NCBI RefSeq assembly: GCF_006345805.1
Contig: NC_043000.1
Coordinates: 137,268,001 to 137,332,000 of the forward strand
Direction: 5' to 3'
From: Octopus sinensis
Taxonomy: Eukaryota
Length of the DNA stretch: 64,000 nucleotides
The translations under genes were made by a program, and so were the position numbers. The notes beneath the pieces are model-generated. The model did no database searches. It was not told the origin of the DNA and saw only the letters and a program-made list of their open reading frames with translations. How positions within the stretch are numbered: the first letter of the stretch is position 1; every line of letters starts with the position of its first letter. Of this stretch, positions 24,599 to 38,701 are shown in pieces.

Positions 24599-26799
24599 TA
24601 GGCACAAATATCAGAAATTTAGGGTCGGAAAATCAGTTGATTAAAATGACCCTGGTACATGACCAGTACCTTATTTTGGCAAGACTGGAACGATGACAAG
24701 CAAGTTGACATTGGTGGAATCTGAATTTAGAATGCAATCATCTGGAGCAATTGCCACTACCACAAGCTATTATGTCCGACGCTCTATGGATCTGACAATC
24801 TATTGCTCTTAACATGCATGTATATGCAAAAATATATATACATATATTCACATGCACACGTGTAATGAAATTAAAAATATTTATAAAAATACACCTATAA
24901 TACATGGCTGAATGTAATCATATATTAATGATAAAAATGTTGAATGGCTAAATAATAGGATTCAGTAAAGCAGAATATCATTCTCAATTGGAAGCATTGA
25001 AAAGTTTAAGCAAATTTCACCATTTTTGACAATCTCCAATGAAGTGTAGTCTATTTGCAAAATTATTATTAGATATAGAAGTAAATAGTAAATTCAATGG
25101 CATAAAGTAAATTAGGGATTTAGTGATTTGCTTACTAACACTTTATAAAGGTATAAAATGGCTGTAATTTTCTGATGAATATAAAATACCTAAACAAAGC
25201 GATCTTTCGTCTTAGCAGGTGAAATATTAATATTGAACTACAGTCATGGTGGAAGTTTTATTGACGATACCGACACCAGAAATTATTTCAATCTGGTCTA
25301 TTTATTGATTGCTTAACTTCCACAAATGGGACGCAGCTTGACACATCGTTTTAAAAGATGTACACAAACAAATAGCTGGAAGTCATCACAAAATTCAGCT
25401 TAGCAGCTTTTCAGGCGAAAATATGAACAATAAACTCACCCACCAAAATTACGCCGCATTTAACTATCACTGCAATAACTCTTACGGCTTTCAAACTTGT
25501 TTTCACTCACTAGAAACAGGTTTCGGTAGACGTTTCGTCCTCTTATTATTATTATTATTATTATTTTTTGGTAAATTGGCAAAATTTTTTAGGCTCTTTT
25601 TTTTCACAAACCACCTCCCTGTTTGTCGAGATATTAGATCGTATCTGATCCTCGATCCATACAGTGAAGCCATTCCATTTTAAGCATAACATTAGTTCCA
25701 TGAAAAAATAAGATCCAGACAGTTTTTGGTGTAACTTCTGGAGCACTTGAATTTCTGTTGCTTTTACACTAATGTATTGTTCTTACTGTAGACATTGCAA
25801 GCTTTAATGTTTTGGTCGATCTTTCCCCCCAGCACACAGGCTTTTAAAAGCATCGAGTTTAATATACAATTTAATCACTTTTGCAGTACTACCTTCTCGC
25901 TATACTGCCTCCATATCCACTTGATGGTCTCTTTTCAGATATTTTGAATTGAAGGTAAATCTACGAACGGCGTCAATCAACAATTATCCACCACAAATAT
26001 CTAGTGGAAAGTGTAGAACTAGGAAAGTACTGTTTCTTGATTGCAAAAAAATTGTCTTATTCTTATTGATATAAGAATGGAAATGAGAAGAAGAAAGTAA
26101 AGAGAAGTAGTAAGAAGAGACATTTATGATTATAGTTAGTTCAAAGAACATTTATGATTTCAGTTAGTTCATAGAAATTTTACTCTTTTCACCTCTAACT
26201 TAAGCCATATTAATTCACGCGCGCACACACACACATGGACGCACATATACACTCTCTTGTGTTTTCATACATCATATGTAGCTACAGACATTGCTCTGTT
26301 TCTGATACAGTTATTAGTGTTGCAAGTAGGCAATTCAAAATTTGATATGCTAGAAGTGATGGTGGTGGTGGTTGTATTGGACCTGATGTCGATGATGGTC
26401 AAGATTGGAATAGTGGTCACAATGATGGCGAGAGAGATATTAAGTGGCGGCGGATATAATATTGATGTTGTTGCTGTTTAGTTTCAACGTCGATCACCAT
26501 TGGCCTAAGATCAATGATATTTCATTTAAGTTTTATATTACGCTTGTTTACCACATTATCTCACGTGACTCTCTTTTTAAAATGGAGCTTCTGATCTTGT
26601 TCATAATAAAGTTGCTCTTGTTGCGTATTAAGGAGTTTGGGGTTTTGTATTGACAGTGGTTGTATTGGTTTTAGTGTTGATTGCGTTGTTGATGAAAGAC
26701 AGTGGTACTAGTAAAGGTTGATTTATACACACATACACATACACCACACATACTCACACAGACACACGCACACACACACGCACATACGCACATGCACGC

Positions 26800-26831
<32 letters not shown>

Positions 26832-27005
26832 GCATGCAAGTGAGCGAAGAGACGGAAGAAAGAGGCACTCAACACGGTTAGTAGGATTTACGTATATCAT
26901 TATTCAAAAGAGAGTTTCATTTGACCTCTCGTCTGAGCCCAGTGGGCTTCGTTCATGTGACGAGTCTACGAAACTTAAGTTGCCTGGGGCCGAATAGAAC
27001 TGTTT

Positions 27006-27110
<105 letters not shown>

Positions 27111-27121
27111 TTATATATATA

Positions 27122-27630
27122 TCTATATATAAAACTGTAGTTGTGTGAGTGTCTGTCCCCTTCGATTTAGATTCCTAACTACTCCCACATTTTGCGGTGC
27201 AGTTTAACCAAATTCGGATATCTTATAGTCGTGATTCATATCGAGCCCGTCTGAGTATTAGCGTGCGTCTACGATGAGTCTACGATTTTAAAAATAATTT
27301 AACATCATTTTTTATTCCATTTTAATGCATAATTTTTCGTGTGTCGATGGCGGCGGAGTTGGCGTCCATGGTCACACCTGCACCTGTTTGCTTCTCCCCT
27401 TCTTCCCTCCCTCGTGAAGCTGTGGGGAAGGGAGTGTAAGGAAATCAACGTCGTAAAGCGTTGTCAAGGAGACCAGCGTTCTTTAGAACAACGACTTCAT
27501 GGCTTGAAGACACCAAAACAGAAATGGCTAAGAAAGCCCGGATTGGCATCTATAAGGGAAGTAACTCTCTAAAAATGCTTATATAGTTATTTCCCTTACA
27601 AATCCGAGCAACGCCGGGCGATACTGCTAG
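27122..27630 (+). mobile_element. Non-autonomous Helitron, family 1
   Basis: 5' TCTATATATAAA after an A; 3' CCGAGCAACGCCGG hairpin then CTAG followed by T; no TSD. Confidence 0.8.
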
Positions 27631-27896
27631 TATATATATATATATATATGTATTACGTATACACACACATAAAGACATACATACACGCACGCACACACAC
27701 ATATGTATGTATGAATGTATATGCTCAATAGCTAGATAGAGTGAGAAATAGATAGGCAGATATTCATTACGATCTAAGGAAATAGACAAAATCCCACACA
27801 CAATCGTTAATAATGAAGAATTTCACCCCTCCATTCCGTAAGAATTTACAAAGACGCATACGCAAACACTTCTGCACAAGTACCCCTCTCTGTCTT

Positions 27897-27953
<57 letters not shown>

Positions 27954-28941
27954 CATGATTACATATTTCCAAATGTTAACTATAGTTTGATCTTAGATCG
28001 TCGACTATCAGCCTTTGGGTTAAGAAGAAAGTGTAATATTTAAATTGTTAAAATTTATCTGAGAATCCATAAGAACGAAATTATAGACCGTATCTTGAAG
28101 TTAGTGGTCTTACTTTAGAATTGCTGTAAAACCGGAATTCCATAATCTGAACTAGCCGTAACCTGGGGATGAATGTATATTAAATGATCCATTTGTATAT
28201 GCCGGCGTTGCATAGACATTAAATCGAACCACCGAAACAGGAATTTACATTCAGTTCAGCTTGCATTGAAAATGGCTGTGGAAATTTGATTGTTTAGTTA
28301 CAGTAATATTGAACGAATAATTAAAGAAGATAAATTGATCAAGAGAAGAGAAATGCTATTATGCTTCTTTTTCTTCATGATAATGTGGCTGGAAACCACA
28401 AGAATATGGTTCTTTCTGTTAAATGTTTTGAAGAATTTTGAAACTATGTTTGTTGGCAACGTGTCAAGAATATTTTGATTGATGATAAACTTGTTTTCAC
28501 GCGGAAAAAATCCAATTCATTTTGCACGGCCGTTCGTTAAGATCACTTGTGTAAAGGTAGTGGTCTTAAGTTGGGTTCGACATCCTTTTCCACGCGAGAT
28601 AAATGTGTTATCCTCCATTACTCAACTGATTAAATTAAGTGTATATCTCAGACAATCTCTCATCTATGATGGTTTAGCATGTGGCAGCCATTTTGTTTTC
28701 CGTTATTCTTGCTCCAGTCAGTCTATTTGATAAGGCGATTATACGATATCTGACGTAAATGTTAAAATGTTTTCCATCAAACACATCAAGATTCCCTTTC
28801 AATTTGATTTATCAGAAATTACAAAAGGTACTGCTTTCTCCGACAATTCTGTTTCCTCGCTTGCTTATGTGACGTGTAAGCCAAATACATTTTATTAGAA
28901 AGGAAATTATTTCCCAGGTAATTTATACCTATAAAAGAACA

Positions 28942-29653
<712 letters not shown>

Positions 29654-29964
29654 TTTCACTATTCTTCAAAGTATATATATATACAAACCAGCATAGATGC
29701 TTACACTAGTCAGGGTAGGTGCATATTTGATAGTTAATTGAGGGGAAATTGTTGACCTCACTTGGAAGATGGGAATCAGTGGCTTGTCTGCCTCCCCAGT
29801 CTCCTATGAGGAATGCAATAAATATTCCGCAATTGACGAAAACATTACGAACGTTATTGCATTGAGAAATAATATTCCAGTTCAGTTAGGAATGAGTGGA
29901 AAGTAAATACCTACGCTAACCATATCTCATAAGAACTTGGCAGTATCATTGCTATTATCTAAAG

Positions 29965-30619
29965 CAGTGCTACTCAAAGAGGTGGTCCACGAACCGGTGC
30001 CGGTACGCGGCGAGTTGCCAGAAAAGAAAGAAACATTATACAATGCTTATAAAATGCTTATGTAATATTGTATAACTTTTTTTTATGTAACATTATATTA
30101 TTTGTTTACAAACTTTTATTATATTCATTACATATATTAATAATAAATCTCTGAGCGAAGTATAAACAGTAGCTGCACGAAAACGTGAAGCATATTTGCC
30201 ACTTAAATATGGCTAACCCTTAAGGGTTGATGCTACTGTAGCTTGTAGTCCCAGGAGGACACCTCCTCCAGCTGGCTATTGACACACTTTCTGTGCCGTA
30301 TCAGTATTTGCAAAGGGAAGCCATCCCTCCCAACTTCAATCTGACATGATACACACGGACTCGAGTTTCTGAGTATTGATCTATCAGTATTTGCATAGGG
30401 CACGGAAAGTGTGTCAATAGCAGCTGGAGGAAGTGTCCTGGTGCTACTAGCTACAGTAGCATCCACATTTAAGAGTTAGCCACATTTAAGTGGCAAATAT
30501 ACATCACATTATATATATTGTTTCCAGTATAAACTAATATTACTAAGAAATATTACCGGTCCCTGCATATTGGAAAAAAAACTGCCGGTACACCACATCA
30601 AATAGTTTGAGAAGCAGTG
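29965..30619. mobile_element. hAT (Charlie-like) MITE
   Basis: TIR cagtgctactcaaa / tttgagaagcagtg; 8-bp TSD atctaaag (29957-29964) vs atctaaat (30620-30627). Confidence 0.75.
30182..30510. mobile_element. Fold-back element with about 115-bp inverted arms, nested in the hAT MITE
   Basis: 30182-30301 vs reverse complement of 30395-30510 align almost throughout (atatttgccacttaaat...gatgctactgtagct...ctattgacacacttt). Confidence 0.85.
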
Positions 30620-30631
30620 ATCTAAATGACG

Positions 30632-30945
30632 CCCTCGGTCATGAATGACCATGGAGTTACACCAAGAAAATTCTCTCCCGAGGCACAAATCTGAGCAAGG
30701 TTGTTTATGGAAGACCAGCAGTCACCCTTGCATACCAAGTCTCCTCTTTCCATGCCGCCGATGTTATTCAGGGCAATGGCAAAGACTGATACAGTTTGGC
30801 ACTAGTGACGTTGCAACTCATTTCTACAGATGAGTGAACCGGAGCAAGGTGAAGTAAAGTGCTTTTCCCAAGAACACAACACACAGCCCGGTCCGGGAAT
30901 CGAACTCACTACCTCATGATTGAGAGCCCGACGCTCTAACCATCC
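30632..30945 (-). mobile_element. tRNA-derived SINE, type E (CORE-like central segment)
   Basis: Minus strand: gatggttagagcg...gagttcgattcccgg...cactttacttcaccttgctccggttcactcatctgtagaaatgag. Confidence 0.75.
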
Positions 30946-31760
30946 GTCAGTCGCGCTAAACTGATCAGAGACAGATAGACAGGCAATTTTTGGTTCACAT
31001 TTTCTAGAACCTCCCCGGCCTCCGGGTGAGCAGTGGCCTCTCCAAATAGAGCTGCTCAGACACCCATGCAGTAATCGAATCCTATCGCTGTCTTGGGCGA
31101 CAAGGAGACGACTTTGTATCTAGCATGGGTCGTCTACGTGCAGGTCACTGACTACATGCTTCCAATCCGTCAGGTCTGCATTCTTCACCACCTTCCCATG
31201 GCCGCAGGACTTCCGAATAAAATAAAATAAAATATACTGAAAATAAAATAAAATATATATATAGGGAAAAAAGAGAAATAAGAAAAAAAGAAAAAGGCAC
31301 ATATCGAGCAGAGGTTAGCAATGCCTGTGCAGAATTTTAGGTTCAATAAGGCTTGCACGACACCTCATAACCCCTCTCCAGAGACAAGCCAGAGCAAGAT
31401 GTCTTGTGCCAATATAAGTCGCAGACTCAGGGATGTGCCATGATCCCTAGCACAAACCAAAGATCCCAAAATATCCAATGCCATTCCCTGCATATCTGGT
31501 TTTATATCAGAGTGACCTCCTAGAGACATGCTTCCCGGTGGTCTTTCAGCACGCCGGACACCATCCTAGAATTTTTGCATACTCGTGCTGTAGCTAGATA
31601 GCTGCTGAGCCTGCACTTGGTTCATCCGACCTTTAAACAGGTTTTGTTTTTAATTCTGCTGGGTTTCTAGCAACCCTTCTCACCAGGATAGCATGGTGGG
31701 GGTGCCAGTTTAGTCGACGGCAACCCGACCATGCAAAAATTTGTACTGGATTCCATGTTA
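30946..31760 (+). mobile_element. Probable 5' UTR fragment of an RTE-clade LINE (GC-rich, multi-hairpin)
   Basis: Several nested hairpins at 31014-31180; ends gtcgacggcaacccgaccATG, which resembles RTE leaders as I recall them; no RT ORF follows. Confidence 0.35.
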
Positions 31761-32108
31761 CCAATAGCACTTATGAGAGCCTCATAAGTGACTGACATAC
31801 ATGCATACATACATGCATGCATGCATACACACATACATACATTCATACATACAAACATATATACATACATACAAACAAAAATAGCCTGTTGTTGAAATAA
31901 AACTGAAGAATCACACACACACATACACACATGCACTTACACACATGTATATATACGTATATAGGTCTGTGAGTGAGTGTGTATGTGTGTGTGTGTGTCT
32001 ATACATGGATGCGGGTGCATATGTGTTTATGTATGTGCACATCTGTGCATGCTTGTATGTATGTATCTATCTTTCTTTCTGTTTATCTCTCTATCTATCT
32101 ATCTATCA

Positions 32109-32157
<49 letters not shown>

Positions 32158-33257
32158 ATCAGCTCTCTATCTAAATAGCTAATGAGATATATACACACAC
32201 ATATACATATATTGTTTTGATTTTATATTAAAAGAGAATGACGGATATGGAGAAAGAAAGGATGCTCTAAAAATTGTAAAACCAAGGGTGACAGATAGAT
32301 TTTAAGCTGTGTCAAGTATAATGAATGAGGCGACCACTATAACTTGCAAAAAGATGCAGAATTAATATTTTTAATATTTTTGTCCTAAAACACCTTTTAT
32401 ATCTGCGTTGTTTAAAAATATTAGCTTTTAAATTTTGTATACGCTTTAATTGTTTTCACATAATTAGAAAAAAAAAATGCCGCGGCTTTCTTTTTAGAAA
32501 CGTCTGGTTTTCCCTTAAGAATACTACTGAAAGTTGGTGAAAAAGGAAAATGCGTTGTTCATGTGATGTTCATTGAAAGGGCTTAAAAAGTTATATTCTA
32601 TTTATATTTCTAACGCTAAATGTGATAATGCGACTAAGTAAACCATTAACAAATGAGTTTTAAAAGCCGAATATTCTAACGTTTTGGGAAATCATAGAGG
32701 CAAGCACAAGTGGAATTATACCAAGAAATTTTTCAGTAAAAAGTTAATTGGTTAACATAGACATACCGTGATAAATATATAATACATACAATCTTCTTTT
32801 GTCATTGCGCTGCATCAACATTCTACTCGCTACTACTTTCACTTCAGCTATCCATAAGAAGACAACAAATTTCAATGCTATTTCCATATCTTCATTATAT
32901 ATGCCCCATTAGTATAATAACTTAACGACTCTCATCAAACATAGACGATTATCACGAAGTGATCTCTAAAACAGTAAAAAGGAGATTTAGAAAATTTTGT
33001 CCAGTTACATAATAATGAAACTCAAATCGTGTGTATTTCATGGTACACGAATAAAAATTACGATCGTATTGAGCCTTAACCACTCTTTGATCTTTTCGAA
33101 TGAGACTCCAAATTAATGCAACAAACATTTTATCACTTTACCAAATCCCAATCGGTGTCCTCACCCATAAAAGCATGATGCCGATCTCCGTACCTTAATC
33201 CCAACACTTAAATAGAACACACACAAAAAAAGCAACACAGATTTATTACTCTTAGAT

Positions 33258-33915
33258 GTGTCAGTTGATAATAACGCTTGCCAACGTAGTTATACCAACT
33301 TCTCTGATTATGAACGTTGGTTCGTATTTAAATGTGGGTCATCCTACGTAGGTAGCACCACCAGGAAATTGCACATCCGTATAAAACAACATATGCACAC
33401 GGACTCTTCAATAGAGAAACAACTAAAGAAATACCAAACCCGAATTTTAAAAATGTCCTTCAAGGCCATCCAACGAGACAGAAGCAGTCTCAGAATCATA
33501 GACGCCCTCATTATAAACAAATTGAAACCAGGTATTATATTTCTTTACTACCCAAAAGGGGCTAAACACAGAGGGGACAAACAAAGACAGACAAACGGAT
33601 TAAGTCGATTACATCGACCCCAGTGCGTAACTGGTACTTAATTTATCGACCCCGAAAGGATGAAAGGCATATTCGACCCCGGCGCAATTTGAACCCAGAA
33701 CGTAACGGCAGACGAACTACGGCTACGCATTTCGCCCGGCGTGCTAACGTTTCTGCCAGCTCACCGCCTTAATTGAAACCAGGTATTAACAATAGGAACA
33801 CCAGTCTGCGCCCCTCACCTTCCTCCTTCCTCCAGCACACATCTAAACAACGACATTTTCCACCTGCTGCTTTTTCCAGATGTCCTGAAGAAGAAGTCAT
33901 AACACCAAAACATAG
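33258..33915 (+). mobile_element. Penelope-like GIY-YIG C-terminus interrupted by a SINE and followed by a hammerhead relic
   Basis: FKCGSSYVGSTTRKLHIRIKQH...DALIINKLKPGI, resuming as NNRN after TSD removal; CTGAAGA...CAAAAC at 33885-33911. Confidence 0.7.
33538..33770 (-). mobile_element. SINE type A with 18-bp TSD
   Basis: TSD aattgaaaccaggtatta at 33520-33537 and 33771-33788. Confidence 0.92.
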
Positions 33916-34096
33916 AAATACAAGATAAAGCTGTAACTTTGTTATGTGTTTGTTTTGTTTTCTTTCTCTCTTCCTTCTCGCATTGTTCTGGCATTACACG
34001 ACACATCTGTTTAAATTACATCACTGCTTCAACCAACTACTTCAAGTATATATGTATATGTATATGTATAAGTATATGTATATGTATATGTATATG

Positions 34097-34187
<91 letters not shown>

Positions 34188-34289
34188 TAGGAAATGATTA
34201 AGATTCAGTTGAATTAGGTACTTAAATTGAGGCACCAAGTCAGTCCGATATTTTCCGCACAGCTCGAAGTAAGGTGAATAAAAAGCAAA

Positions 34290-34700
34290 TAAGTAACAAC
34301 GATGTCAAGGTATCAATGCATTACGGCCGTTTCAGGTGGCTCCATTTAATCGAGCAATGCAAGCATTACATCAAGTTGAAATACACCATCTTCTTCGGAT
34401 GCATAAGACCATATAGGAACATACAGGATACAGCATTAATGTTTTTAGCAAATATTGCACCAGGACTAGGGAATAAAAGAAATACATGCTTGTTGCTATT
34501 ATTGTAGCAGAATGAACTTAGGGAGAAAATACTCCAATTATAATTTGGAGTGGGAGAAGAGAATAACAATGACATGGTAATACAGCTGCATTTATCTATC
34601 TCCTTATCACCATCAGAAGATCTAATGCTTCTTGTTACTACGTCAGCTAAGAATTAAAACCATTTGGAATTGACAGTTAAGTTCTAGCTGATGATAAGAA
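34290..34700 (+). mobile_element. Very decayed AP-endonuclease region of a LINE (RTE-like)
   Basis: KYTIFFGC...TALMFL...EKRITMTW*YSCIYLSP loosely follows APE motif order; stops are present. Confidence 0.25.
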
Positions 34701-35443
34701 ATTAATTAATGACAGATACTCTCCCAAACTCCTAATTTACTATGGTTACAAAATCGCTATGATTACATAAAGAAACAAATCTCAGATGTCAGTAAGATAG
34801 TGGTATATACCCAGGAAGAGGGAGGGTAGGGGTGACATAGACTATTTTATTATTATCAGTTAGAGGGGCCTAAAATAGAAAACAAAGGACGTCACAATGA
34901 GATATAAATGGGCATTAAGGGTACAGGGGGAAAATATAGCCAAAATTTAGCAAAGTTTATATATTATTATATTTTGTATAACAAAAAATAAAATTAAAAA
35001 ATTTAGAAAGAAATGTGAGGACCAAATAAGATAAGAAGTAAGATACACCAACTTAAGCCCTAAAAATAGAATACTTTTATATAGAATAAAAGATTCTATT
35101 CTAGCAAACTTTTAAGGTGGTCAAGATAAAACCATTCAAACAGTGAACCCAGAATTACATTCAGATATTCGAGAAAGAGATACACGTTTTCTATTGACGG
35201 ACAACGAGGGATTAAAGGCAAAAAAATGAGATAATTGATTCTATAACAGATAAACTTATATAAAAAATATAATTATATAAAAATATTTCCAGCATTATGA
35301 AAAAATCTTAAAGGATGTAAGGATATAAGAAGATATTTATGCATTGCTAGAGTCAAATGACTGAAACAAGTAAAAGAGTATATATAAAATATAAAATATA
35401 ATAATATAATATAATATATGTGTGTGTATATATATTCCTTAAT

Positions 35444-35536
<93 letters not shown>

Positions 35537-35875
35537 ACACACGCACACATATCTACACACGTAAATGTATTACATATATATGCATACATATGTTTATGTT
35601 TTAACTGGGATAATACAGGATTTAAGCCTTTTTCAAATAGGGTCTGTTATAGAGGTAAATATAATTTTATAATTTGCAAGCAGCTACTCTTAGGCGAGGT
35701 AGAATTGCTGTTACACATGGAATATATAGTATATATATATCTATGTGTATATATGAGAGATAATATGTATCCAGAAGATACAAAGTGGCAGGTAATGGTA
35801 TTTCAAGATATATTTTTGTAATTTTTGTAAATATATCTCTAGAAATGAGATGTCAGTGTTATTTTCTTTTTTGCG

Positions 35876-35931
<56 letters not shown>

Positions 35932-35947
35932 TATATATATATGTATG

Positions 35948-35979
<32 letters not shown>

Positions 35980-36108
35980 TGTACGTATGTATGTATGTAT
36001 GTAATCTGGGAATGCATACAATGAGCTTCTCAGCCCTAGGTGTATGGAAAACACTCGGCGAGAAACGGAAGAAAATTTGAAGAAAGCAGAAAAAACATAA
36101 TAATAATA

Positions 36109-36143
<35 letters not shown>

Positions 36144-36284
36144 GTAATAATAATAATAATAATGATGATGATGATGATGATAATGATGATGATGATGCTG
36201 ATAATAATAATAATGATAATAATAATAACAACAACAACAACAATAATAATAATAATTATTATAATAATAATGATTTCATATTTT

Positions 36285-36652
36285 GGCAGGTGGCCAACTA
36301 ACTTGGGGAAGTGGATAAGTCGATTGAAGTGACCTTAGTACTCTACTGGTACGTATTTTATTGACCTTCAAAAGAATGGACGATAAAGTCAATCCTGGGG
36401 GCATTTGAGACCAAAACGTAAAGACGGACGAAATGCAGCTAGGCATTTTATCCGGTGTGCTAACGATTCTGCCATGGCACATGGCCAGCGATTACATTGA
36501 CCTTAGTCATTAACTGGTACTTATTTTATTGATCACGAAGGTACGAAAGACGAGTCGATCCCAGTGAGATTTGAACTCGAAATCAGAAGTCGGAAGATGT
36601 GCTGCTAACCATTTTCCTCGGCGCAGTAACGAGTCTACCAGCTTGCCGCCTT
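36285..36652 (-). mobile_element. Two old, diverged type A-related SINE copies in tandem
   Basis: Both carry remnants of the gctggcagaatcgttag head, the ttcaaat B box and the ataagtaccag core. Confidence 0.6.
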
Positions 36653-37639
36653 AAGCATTTTTAATATTAGTAGTTCATTACGTTCCAATTTGAAAAATAA
36701 ATTCTGTAGGTATATCGATGTTTCAAAACTTGATGATGTCTCCTAGAGAAAATTACTTTAGTGGCAGGGTTATTATTACTATTTGCATCAAAATCAAGAA
36801 TAAATTGAACTCTGATGTGTCTGCTTCTCATTTGTTATCATCAGACTTTAAATGTATAACCATTAACGTCATGTTTCATTTAGCAATCATCAAATAACTT
36901 TTCGCAATCATGTAATAACGTGATGTTAACTTGTTTACAAGAAGGTACTGTCTGCGAGATGATTTCTTCGTGGTATTTTCCTATTAATATAGCTTCTATA
37001 ACAAATCGTCTCGTAGTTGTTTCTTCTTCTACTTTTATTTATTTATTTATTTATTGTTTTGGTCGCATTTGTGAAGTCAATTAGAGATTTCATGACTGTT
37101 TTTGTTCTATGTTACGTGTGATAAGGTGTTGCACTGGCTCCTTGCTGTAAAATGCTTGCCGAAATCACTTAAAAACATTTATGATGTAGTTTCAAGTTTG
37201 CGTCTGAATTTTTAAATTACTTTACCAATCAGACGTGTATTTAACAACTCGCAAGTCTGTGGTTTGTTGATTTAAAGGGAAGCTGGTCCCCACATACACA
37301 AATACACTCATAGACAAAAACACTTAACATATACTCTTACACATATGAAATTGAGTTGATAATTCTGATTGTTGCTAGTCAGAGTTTTATATCACGTTAG
37401 TCCAGTCAAGCACGTTCAAGATTTATCTAGAAATTGCCCGACTAAAGGTTCTTGACATGGTGCTCCTCACAGCAATGGAGTGAAGCTATTAAATTTAGCC
37501 CGCTGCCACTTGCATGCATCCAAGATAATATATATATATATTTGCATCCTGTTTTTCTTTTGATAAATATACTCTATCACCTACACCACTAACTGGCATA
37601 TACAGGTGCTTACAGTTATCAAGGATTCACCCTGAATTG

Positions 37640-37675
<36 letters not shown>

Positions 37676-37825
37676 GATATAACGTATAAAACTTATATAT
37701 AAAATGTACAAAAGGGGACAAGAACGCAAACTACACAAAGAGACGACACAAAAAAACAGACAGGTCATTCGAAGCCTCTAATCTTCAGTCAGGAACCGGA
37801 TCATCTTACCAATTTCGACTGATTA

Positions 37826-37858
<33 letters not shown>

Positions 37859-38015
37859 TATATGCTAATATTTAGCAGAAGTAACAGAGCGATTCAAGGT
37901 CTGAGAGTTCGTGTGTTGGCGCTTATGCATATGTATGTGTATATATGTATAAATACGATATACATACATACATACACACACACACACAAACACACACATT
38001 TACACACACACACAC

Positions 38016-38060
<45 letters not shown>

Positions 38061-38063
38061 TAA

Positions 38064-38376
38064 GTACGCGGCGCTTAGTGGTTAGGGCATTCGGCTCACG
38101 ATTATAGGTCGTGAGCTCAATTCCCGCGACGCGTTGTGTCCTCAGCAAGACACTTTATTTCACATTGCTCCAGTCCACTCAGCTGACAAAAAGGAATTGT
38201 ACCTATATTTCAAAGGGCCGGCCTTGTCACACTCTGTGTCATGCGGAATCTCCCTGAGAACTACGTTAGGGGTACACGTGTCTAAAGATTGCTCAGTCAC
38301 TTGCACGTTAATTTCACGAGCAAGCTATTCCGTTGATCGTATCAGCTGGAACCCTCATCGTCGTAACCGACGGAGT

Positions 38377-38378
<2 letters not shown>
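38064..38378 (+). mobile_element. tRNA-derived SINE, type D
   Basis: A box ggcgcttagtggttagg; homologous to the reverse complement of 43675-43990. Confidence 0.88.
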
Positions 38379-38460
<82 letters not shown>

Positions 38461-38461
38461 T

Positions 38462-38701
38462 TAATAACAAAGGGTGAAATTAATTAATTAAGTAGTAATC
38501 AGTAACTTCACAAAGTAGAATTCGGCATGAAAAAGACCATTTCAAGGTAAGTTTAAGTAATACTATATAATTAGGGTTCAGCAACAATTTGCTTCACCAC
38601 ACACCGAAGTTTAGAAGGGAGTAGCTAATATTTTTTGACTGCTATTTCTAAACTTCTGAGTGCAGTGAAGCAAATTGTTGCTGAACCCTAATTATATAGT
38701 A
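38462..38701 (+). mobile_element. (TA)n-flanked, internally deleted member of the HHR-element family with a terminal hairpin
   Basis: Left end aaagggtgaaattaattaatt; 37-bp perfect inverted repeat at 38561-38597 / 38665-38701, homologous to the 58085 terminus. Confidence 0.6.

Noticed and set aside
25526-25544. Minus-strand GAGGAC-GAAAC-GTC half-hammerhead next to (AAT)n
   Set aside because: The 5' half (CTGANGA and stem II 5' strand) is absent.
26957-26981. GTGACGA-GTCTAC-GAAAC-TTAA-GTT hammerhead-like string
   Set aside because: No stem I pairing, minimal stem II and a C3 mismatch.
37672-37826. (TA)n-flanked fragment with CTGAAGA and CGAAA pieces on the minus strand
   Set aside because: The pieces are in the wrong order or lack stems; possibly a truncated relative of the HHR elements, but unsupported.
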